Positions 8,531 through 14,345 of a stretch of DNA of 14,345 bases are shown piece by piece. How positions within the stretch are numbered: the first letter of the stretch is position 1; every line of letters starts with the position of its first letter. The notes below the pieces were generated by a model. It worked only from the letters and a program-made list of their open reading frames with translations, ran no database searches and was not told where the DNA came from. A program made the translations under genes and the position numbers. This DNA is from Candidatus Wukongarchaeum yapensis (GTDB taxonomy: Archaea > Asgardarchaeota > Wukongarchaeia > Wukongarchaeales > Wukongarchaeaceae): positions 1 through 14,345 of the forward strand of contig JAEOSI010000033.1 of assembly GCA_016840425.1 (NCBI GenBank). Direction: 5' to 3'.

Positions 8531-8656
8531 TTATTCTTTTTCCCTTTCCTCCACCTCTTCTTCAATTTCAAACTCAGAATGAAATATGAGCAAAAGTAAA
8601 GCCGTCAAAATCCCTATCAACACTAAAATCGTATACACAGTATAATGAGAAACCAA
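8531..8656 (-). CDS. Putative 41-aa single-TM microprotein (not in ORF track)
   Basis: TTG start at 8656 with SD AGGTGG 6 nt upstream. Translation MVSHYTVYTILVLIGILTALLLLIFHSEFEIEEEVEEREKE ends at TAA 8531-8533. BRE/TATA-like AAAAGG-TTTTATAT about 40 nt upstream. Confidence 0.72.
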   Translation of the reverse strand: MVSHYTVYTILVLIGILTALLLLIFHSEFEIEEEVEEREKE

Positions 8657-8694
8657 AAATACCCACCTGCAAAAACAAAAAATAAATCGAAAAA

Positions 8695-8708
8695 ATATAA
8701 AACCTTTT
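8695..8708 (-). promoter_or_regulatory. Putative BRE-TATA promoter for the microORF-moaA unit
   Basis: Minus strand AAAAGGTTTTATAT about 40 nt upstream of TTG 8656; back-to-back with the tRNA promoter. Confidence 0.5.
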
Positions 8709-8723
8709 AAACACCAAAGGTGG

Positions 8724-8738
8724 CAAAAGATTTAAGCA
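8724..8738 (+). promoter_or_regulatory. Putative BRE-TATA promoter for the tRNA-Thr/tRNA-Pro transcript
   Basis: CAAAAGA-TTTAAG at 8724-8736, about 50 nt upstream of tRNA-Thr G1. Confidence 0.5.
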
Positions 8739-8784
8739 TTTTCATTAAAGTTTTTCATACACCTCTAAAACTTTTCATACAAAT

Positions 8785-8880
8785 GCCGCCGTAGCTCAGT
8801 TGGTTAGAGCATCTGCCTTGTATAAAACCACAACGAAAAAAGAAAGCAGAGGGTCGAGGGTTCGAATCCCTCCGGCGGCT
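8785..8880 (+). tRNA. tRNA-Thr(UGU) with 22-nt intron at 37/38 (intron 8823-8844)
   Basis: Acceptor GCCGCCG/CGGCGGC, D arm GCTC-AGTTGGTTA-GAGC, anticodon stem TCTGC/GCAGA, loop CT-TGT-A|A, T arm GAGGG-TTCGAAT-CCCTC, discriminator U73. CCA is not encoded. Confidence 0.95.
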
Positions 8881-8909
8881 TTACAACCCCTACCCTCCAT
8901 GACGCTAGT

Positions 8910-9034
8910 GGGTGAGTAGTCTAGATTGGTATGATGCCAGCCTCGGGAAATCCATCTTCCACTCCCTATTTTTAAAAAATAATAGGATTCGGGTAAGCTG
9001 GTGGTCGTGGGTTCAAATCCCACCTCACCCACCA
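8910..9034 (+). tRNA. tRNA-Pro(CGG) with 48-nt intron at 37/38 (intron 8948-8995), CCA encoded
   Basis: Acceptor GGGTGAG/CTCACCC, anticodon stem CCAGC/GCTGG, loop CT-CGG-G|A, T arm GTGGG-TTCAAAT-CCCAC, A73-CCA. Strict BHB: CTCG/CGGG central helix, two 3-nt bulges and outer helix AATCC/GGATT. Confidence 0.95.
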
Positions 9035-9336
9035 ATTTGTTTAGTTAAAAAATTGAGTTAAAAAACCACACTTGTAACTCTTACAATGACAAAAAATATT
9101 CTTCATAAGAACCCGTACTAAATTAGCATATTTTGGGCTAAAATACTAAATCCCGTATTTAGTGACTAGATGATATAAAAAAAGCCCCTCATCGCGTTAC
9201 AAATAAAATATATATTTTTATAGAGATAGAGTATTATCACATATTTTACTCCTTGTTCTTCTAAACTTTAATTTGGAAGACACGAGTTTATCTCAACCAA
9301 TTAAGAATACGGTTATTTTGAAAGGTGTTTACGAAA

Positions 9337-11592
9337 ATGCGCGTATTTCCACGAATCAGTAAGTTAGTCGTAAAAAACTACAAAGCAGTAATTCTCATCT
9401 GGCTAGCCATTGGAATATTTGGATTTATGGCATCACAAAGATTAGCCGACGTTCTCCTTTACGAAGAGGAAGGCGGCTATGAAGGGCTAGAAAGCGTTCA
9501 AGCCAGTGAAATAATCGAATCAGAATTTCCTGGAAACGAAGGAGGAAGCATGATCATAATAGTACACGTAAACGATAATCACACCATATCCGCTCTTTAT
9601 GATTACACGTTCGCCTTAAAATCGTATGTTGAAAATAATGAGATTGTTGAAAGTACCATTTTTAACCCAAGCGACCCTCAATTTGCAACAAACCACACCT
9701 ACCTGCTAATGGTATATCTTAAAGTTCCAGACGATGATGATAAAGCCTATGATCTTGTTAGAGACATTCGTAGCGAAGCAGAAGGGCTTCAAAAAGACCC
9801 CTCTCTTGTCCCCCCTGACATGATCGATGATTTGACTACCTATGTAACTGGTGCAGCAGCTATGAGCACAGATACACGGGAAGCCTCACAAGAAGACCTT
9901 CAACGTATAGATACAATCACTATAATCCTTGTAGCTATCGTTTTAATAGCCATCTTTAGAAGCGCTGTTTCTCCCCTTCTCCCCCTAATCTCTATAGGAA
10001 TAGCAATAATAGCAACACGAGGAGTTCTATGGTTCATAGCAGAAAATATAACCGATATACCTTACGAAGCTCTACACTTTCTCACTGTGATAGTCATGGG
10101 CATAGGAGCTGACTATTGTTTATTTTTCCTTTCACGCTTTAAAGAAGAGTTGATGAAAGGCGCTTCAAAAGAAGAAGCAGTAACCATCGTTGTTGAACGT
10201 ACAGGAAAAACGATTGTAAGTTCAGGCATCACAATAGCTGTGGCTTTTGGAAGTTTTATGATAAGCGACATGACATTTCTACGTGGAATGGGATTGACAT
10301 TAGCCATTGGTGTAATCCTTGGAACCCTTGCTTCCTTAACCTTTATACCTGCCCTCTTCATGCTCTTAGGCATAAAAGTTTTCTGGCCCAGAAAAATCAC
10401 AGCAGAAGAGATAAAAAACCATGATGAAAATCAACTCGGCATTCTAGGAAGAAGAACCCGATGGGTAATGAGACACGCACCAGCAGTACTCATAGCAAGC
10501 CTAGTCATATGCTCGCCACTCATATACCAAATGGTACTCTTTGACCCATCCCATGACTTTTTCGAAATGATGCCCGAAGACCTAGAAAGTATCCAAGGAT
10601 TTAACGTTTTAACAGACGAATGGTCTGCAGGAAAAATCCTCCCAACAACAGTCGTACTCCAAATAAACGGCAACCTAACAGAAGAAGAAAACTATGAAAA
10701 AGCAGAAACCATATGGTACAAACTAAACGCATCATCCGACACAAGCTTTGTCTACGGGTTTACAGCCCCAGAAGGACAACCCTTAAACTACACCGTTTTT
10801 TCACATCTTCCCCAAGAAGACAAAACAGCAATCCTTAACCAGTATGTAAGCGCAGATCACGATACAGCAAAATACATCGTAGTCCTTGCTTATGATCCCT
10901 ACTCAAACGATGGAATGGACGCTATAGACAACCTAAGAAACAGCATTGAAGAAGTTAAACAAAATGAAAACGGTCTTGAAAACTTTGAAATCCTCGTAGG
11001 CGGTCCCACTGCAGAAATGTCCGACGGCAGTAGAAAAGTCTTTGAAGAGTTCGAAACCATGCAAATAGTTCTCATAATCGCAATATTACTAATCCTAATC
11101 ATTTTACTGGGCAGCATAACCCTATCAGTAAAACAAATCCTAACCATACTTCTAAGCGTAGCCATGACAATAGGAATAGTAACCCTAGTCTTTCAAACCC
11201 TCCAAGACCAACCAGTAATCTTCTTCCTCGAAATAATGATCTTCCTCGTACTCATGGGCTTAGGGACAGATTACAACATTTTCCTACTTTCAAGAGTACG
11301 CGAAGAATACGACCGAGGCAGAGAAGAATTAGAATCCATGGTTTACGGCGTAGACAAAACAGGGATAGTAATAACATCCGCCGCAGCCATCATGGCAGCA
11401 GCCTTCGGATCACTAATGCTCAGCAACCTTTTAATGATGCGCGAATTCGGCTTCGCCCTCTTCGTAGCGGTAATCATAGACGCAAGCTTCGTACGCCTAA
11501 TCTTGGTACCTGCTATATACCGCTGTCTTAAGGGATACAACTATTGGCCAAAATACCTCAGCGACAAATTCAAATTTATATCCCACGAATAA
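9337..11592 (+). CDS. MMPL/RND-family membrane transporter
   Basis: Two internal repeats, each with one TM, a large extramembrane loop and about 5 TMs. Conserved GIGADYCLFFLSRFKEE and GLGTDYNIFLLSRVREE (paired Asp-Tyr motifs). I prefer ATG 9337 over GTG 9325 because AGGTG (9323-9327) is placed as its SD. Confidence 0.92.
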   Translation: MRVFPRISKLVVKNYKAVILIWLAIGIFGFMASQRLADVLLYEEEGGYEGLESVQASEIIESEFPGNEGGSMIIIVHVNDNHTISALYDYTFALKSYVENNEIVESTIFNPSDPQFATNHTYLLMVYLKVPDDDDKAYDLVRDIRSEAEGLQKDPSLVPPDMIDDLTTYVTGAAAMSTDTREASQEDLQRIDTITIILVAIVLIAIFRSAVSPLLPLISIGIAIIATRGVLWFIAENITDIPYEALHFLTVIVMGIGADYCLFFLSRFKEELMKGASKEEAVTIVVERTGKTIVSSGITIAVAFGSFMISDMTFLRGMGLTLAIGVILGTLASLTFIPALFMLLGIKVFWPRKITAEEIKNHDENQLGILGRRTRWVMRHAPAVLIASLVICSPLIYQMVLFDPSHDFFEMMPEDLESIQGFNVLTDEWSAGKILPTTVVLQINGNLTEEENYEKAETIWYKLNASSDTSFVYGFTAPEGQPLNYTVFSHLPQEDKTAILNQYVSADHDTAKYIVVLAYDPYSNDGMDAIDNLRNSIEEVKQNENGLENFEILVGGPTAEMSDGSRKVFEEFETMQIVLIIAILLILIILLGSITLSVKQILTILLSVAMTIGIVTLVFQTLQDQPVIFFLEIMIFLVLMGLGTDYNIFLLSRVREEYDRGREELESMVYGVDKTGIVITSAAAIMAAAFGSLMLSNLLMMREFGFALFVAVIIDASFVRLILVPAIYRCLKGYNYWPKYLSDKFKFISHE

Positions 11593-11613
11593 ACCAAAAA
11601 CTACCCTCCCTAC

Positions 11614-11649
11614 TTTTTTTATATATCTATTAAACATGCCCCTATGGGG
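11614..11649. terminator. Convergent termination region between MMPL and PhzF genes
   Basis: T7 tract right after the MMPL stop (+), and a CCCC-TAT-GGGG hairpin (11639-11649) just after the PhzF stop (-). Confidence 0.4.
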
Positions 11650-11654
11650 GAACA

Positions 11655-12548
11655 TCATAAAAATTCGCCTTTGGCAATCATTACAACTCTTCCCCCTACA
11701 AACACATGAATTTTCCCTTCCCTCTCTTCTGCTCTCAAAAGAAGCAACGAAGGTCTTCCAATTTCATACCCTTGTTCAACTTTAATGTCGACGAGGTCTT
11801 CTCCGAAATACTGGTGGTGTGCTAAATAACCCGCTAAACAGCCATTTCCACTACCTGTTGCCGGGTCTTCAGGAACGCCATAATAGTCTGCAAATACTCT
11901 AACATTCAAATCATTTTTTTCAGAATATGTTTCAGGGCCGAAGATGAGAATTGCTTTAGCTTCCCTCTCCTTAATCAGTTCAAAATATTTATCTCTATTA
12001 GTTTTACTCCGTTTAATAGTGTTCAAAGTCTTCAAAGGCACGATAATAAAAGGCAATCCTGTCGAAACTTCTTGCACTGGAAATCTAACATCGATATCAT
12101 CCTTTTCCAATCGCAATACTTCTGAAATTAAACCAGGATCAATGGTATCGCCAAATGTCGGATGTATTTGCCTCATCCATAACACATCCACTTGTTCACC
12201 AATACAATCGAACATAACTGGAATTTGCCCCACTTTAAGATTCAACAAGATTTTTTCGACACGTGATCTTACGATCTCTCTTTGAATCACATAAGCGGTC
12301 CCTAGTGTCGGATGACCTGCAAAAGGTACTTCTTTCTCAGGCGTGAAAATACGAACATCAAACCCCCCTTCTCTTTCTTCATCCGACAAAATAAAAGTCG
12401 TCTCCGAGTAATTCATCTCTTTCGCAATTACCTGCATTTCGCGATCTGAAAGCCCTTTTGTGTCTCTAAAAACCGCTAACTGGTTTCCCGCATATTTCTC
12501 TTCAGCAAACACATCTACAATATAAAATGGCCAAGTTCCCATTACCAA
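11655..12548 (-). CDS. PhzF family isomerase/epimerase-like protein
   Basis: Motifs IVDVFAEEKYAGNQLAVF, EMNYSETTFI, VRIFTPEKEVPFAGHPTLG, EDPATGSGNG and VEQGYEIGRPS. Alternative ATG start at 12542. Confidence 0.93.
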   Translation of the reverse strand: MVMGTWPFYIVDVFAEEKYAGNQLAVFRDTKGLSDREMQVIAKEMNYSETTFILSDEEREGGFDVRIFTPEKEVPFAGHPTLGTAYVIQREIVRSRVEKILLNLKVGQIPVMFDCIGEQVDVLWMRQIHPTFGDTIDPGLISEVLRLEKDDIDVRFPVQEVSTGLPFIIVPLKTLNTIKRSKTNRDKYFELIKEREAKAILIFGPETYSEKNDLNVRVFADYYGVPEDPATGSGNGCLAGYLAHHQYFGEDLVDIKVEQGYEIGRPSLLLLRAEEREGKIHVFVGGRVVMIAKGEFL

Positions 12549-12609
12549 ACCTTCATCCCTAAAATAGGTTTCAAAAATTACAATTTTATAATGACGAGCC
12601 TATATTATG

Positions 12610-12626
12610 TTTATAAATCCCTTTTT
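12610..12626 (-). promoter_or_regulatory. Putative BRE-TATA promoter of the PhzF gene
   Basis: Minus strand AAAAAGGGA-TTTATAAA immediately downstream of the rps9 stop. Confidence 0.5.
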
Positions 12627-12633
12627 GTGGTGT

Positions 12634-13032
12634 TTACCGATAGCTTTTTTGAACCTTTGCCCTTGCGCTTCTTCCTCCCCACTTTTTAGGCTCTGTTCTT
12701 CGTGGATCTCCTGCTAGCATATATCGGTCTTCATCTATAAATTTCCGTCTAAGTTCTTCGCTTTCTGTAAATTTAACAAGTCCTGAAGCAACCGCCATTC
12801 TTGCAGCTTCAGCTTGACTTACCCATCCTCCTCCTTTCACTTTAACCGAGATATCTAGGTTTTTGACAACATCCGCCGCTAATCTCAACGGATCCAATAT
12901 TTTCAAACGCGCTATCTTAGGCTCATAAATCTCTATAGACACCCTATTTACCCTAACCCTTCCTTTCCCCTCTTTTACGACTGCCCTTGCAATAGATGTC
13001 TTACGCTTCATACTATTAACAACAATTTTCAT
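12634..13032 (-). CDS. rps9: 30S ribosomal protein S9 (uS9)
   Basis: KRKTSIARA, GKGRVRVN, VKGGG..SQAEAAR and C-terminal DPRRTEPKKWGGRSARAKVQKSYR. ATG 13032 has a GAGGAG SD; the ORF track starts at 13047. Confidence 0.97.
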   Translation of the reverse strand: MKIVVNSMKRKTSIARAVVKEGKGRVRVNRVSIEIYEPKIARLKILDPLRLAADVVKNLDISVKVKGGGWVSQAEAARMAVASGLVKFTESEELRRKFIDEDRYMLAGDPRRTEPKKWGGRSARAKVQKSYR

Positions 13033-13067
13033 ATTTTCTCCTCTCATTAATTCTTTTCATTAATTTT

Positions 13068-13550
13068 TTAATAAAATCCACCTCTAATCAACTTACTTGG
13101 ATTCTTCCATCCCAGCTCCTCAGCTATCCTTTTTACACTCGTTCTTTTACATTTGAGTTTTATTGCCTCTGCTTCAGAAATTTTTTCAAAAACCTCTTTC
13201 TTATCTACATATTCCTCGGGAACACCTATGTAAACCCTTAATCTTTTATAAGCTTCTCTCCCCCTCATCTTATATCTCGGAAGCATACCCCGTATCGCCC
13301 TTTTAACAAAACGATCCGGTTGTTTTGGCCAAAAAGGCCCTCTCCTAGGATTTGTTAACGTACGTTTTTGATGTTTTCCTCTATAAATCTCTATAACTTT
13401 TGCAGGATCTCCTGACACTACAACTTTTTCAGCATTAACTATCACTATTCTCTCGCCACATAACAACCTTTTAGCCACCTTGCTTGCCAACCGCCCTAAA
13501 ACCGCATTTTCGCCATCAATTATCGTTACTTCTTCCACAGTTTCTTCCAT
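13068..13550 (-). CDS. rpl13: 50S ribosomal protein L13 (uL13)
   Basis: IIDGENAVLGRLASKVAK, IVNAEKVVVSG, GPFWPKQPDRFVKRAIRGMLP and RLRVYIGVP. Confidence 0.97.
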   Translation of the reverse strand: MEETVEEVTIIDGENAVLGRLASKVAKRLLCGERIVIVNAEKVVVSGDPAKVIEIYRGKHQKRTLTNPRRGPFWPKQPDRFVKRAIRGMLPRYKMRGREAYKRLRVYIGVPEEYVDKKEVFEKISEAEAIKLKCKRTSVKRIAEELGWKNPSKLIRGGFY

Positions 13551-13569
13551 CTTTCTATCCTCCCATCAA

Positions 13570-13932
13570 TTAAACCATTATTTTGATACCTTTTCCCTCA
13601 GGGTTTATCTCTAATAACTCCTCGATAGTCATACATTCCCCGCCAACAGTCCTAATTTTCTCAACAGCCCTCTCAGAAAATGATAACGCTGCAACTCTCA
13701 CCTTACAATTTATATACCCCGAAGAAAGCACCTTACCCGGCACCACCACTAAATCTCCATCCTTGCAATGCCTGTTTACCTTGGATAAATTAACCACAGG
13801 CCTCAGTCTTCTAGGCTTTGATAAACAACGATATAACGCCTTCCAAACTTTCCTATCACCCCGAGCACGCCTTCTAAGCTCCGAAAGCAAAGCAATAACA
13901 GTAGGATCAGTCGGACCCGTAGATTTTGTCAT
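13570..13932 (-). CDS. rpl18e: 50S ribosomal protein L18e (eL18)
   Basis: KSTGPTDP, VWK..L..PRR.RPVVNLSKVNR, VVVPGKVLSSG, VAALSFS..A.EKI..GG and NPEGKGIKI. SD GGGGTG upstream. Confidence 0.96.
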   Translation of the reverse strand: MTKSTGPTDPTVIALLSELRRRARGDRKVWKALYRCLSKPRRLRPVVNLSKVNRHCKDGDLVVVPGKVLSSGYINCKVRVAALSFSERAVEKIRTVGGECMTIEELLEINPEGKGIKIMV

Positions 13933-14140
13933 ATTTACACCCCTAAGAAATCCTTAAATATCCACCTTAAACTTCAAAAAGACAATCTCAAACGCAACTA
14001 ATACTCAATAAATATCACAAAATTTTACCTGGTTTTATTTAATCATTTCCCTATAACCGTTTTATAAATCTAAACACGTTTTTAAAGCAAGCATATTAAG
14101 CGAAATAGGTCAAATACTTAAAAGTTTCGCAACAAAATAT

Positions 14141-14156
14141 AAAAAAAAGAAAAAAA
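14141..14156 (-). terminator. Oligo-T terminator downstream of rpoD
   Basis: Minus strand T7-C-T8 about 27-42 nt after the rpoD stop codon. Confidence 0.55.
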
Positions 14157-14182
14157 CAGAGCTAACGTAACACTAAAAATTT

Positions 14183-14345
14183 TTACGCGCTCATCGTCTT
14201 CATCTGTTCTTCTAACTCTTGAGATTTTTTAATAAGTATTTGAGCAGCTTGTCTTACAATACTTTCTGGAGATATACACCCTAACCCTTCTACCGTGAAA
14301 ATAAACTTCGTATCATCCTCCTTAATTTTTATAGCATCAAAATCA
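14183..14345 (-). CDS. rpoD: DNA-directed RNA polymerase subunit D (Rpo3), C-terminal fragment
   Basis: Manual translation ...DFDAIKIKEDDTKFIFTVEGLGCISPESIVRQAAQILIKKSQELEEQMKTMSA* (TAA 14183-14185) matches the Rpo3 C-terminal FIFTVE..G...PEEIV..A..IL pattern. It also sits in the conserved position upstream of rpl18e. Confidence 0.88.
   Translation of the reverse strand, partial: DFDAIKIKEDDTKFIFTVEGLGCISPESIVRQAAQILIKKSQELEEQMKTMSA

Noticed and set aside
8948-8995. tRNA-Pro intron as a possible intron-encoded C/D guide (like euryarchaeal tRNA-Trp)
   Set aside because: It contains no UGAUGA or CUGA boxes.
8796-9035. 79-aa minus-strand ORF
   Set aside because: It is the antisense reading of the two tRNA genes.
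8890-11609. 9-nt direct repeat CTACCCTCC (8890-8898 and 11601-11609) as possible att sites flanking tRNA-Pro plus MMPL
   Set aside because: Short, in C-rich context, not the tRNA 3' end, and there is no integrase nearby. Compatible with chance.
13933-14182. Possible tRNA or small ORF between rpoD and rpl18e
   Set aside because: No cloverleaf or T-loop motif. Only a trivial ATG-ATT-AAA-TAA micro-frame is present.

Overview
Archaeal chromosomal window made up mostly of housekeeping genes. It is probably from an Asgard archaeon; this is inferred from a Rab-like small GTPase together with archaeal-type RPA, RpoD, L18e and BHB tRNA introns. In order: a 3'-truncated Rab-like small GTPase (-, absent from the ORF track), an uncharacterised single-pass membrane protein (+), rpiA, ppdK, an unannotated box C/D small RNA in the RPA-ppdK spacer, a five-OB-fold Zn-binding RPA, moaA, an unannotated 41-aa single-TM microprotein, a tandem intron-containing tRNA-Thr(UGU)/tRNA-Pro(CGG) pair (+), an MMPL/RND transporter (+), a PhzF-family protein, rps9-rpl13-rpl18e and the 3' end of rpoD. 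I found no mobile element, CRISPR array or integrase. The best finding is the ~75-nt box C/D RNA at 5280-5354 (-). It has intact K-turn/K-loop geometry, and the complement of its D guide reads as a tRNA-Leu(CAA) anticodon arm, with the canonical +5 position falling on wobble C34.
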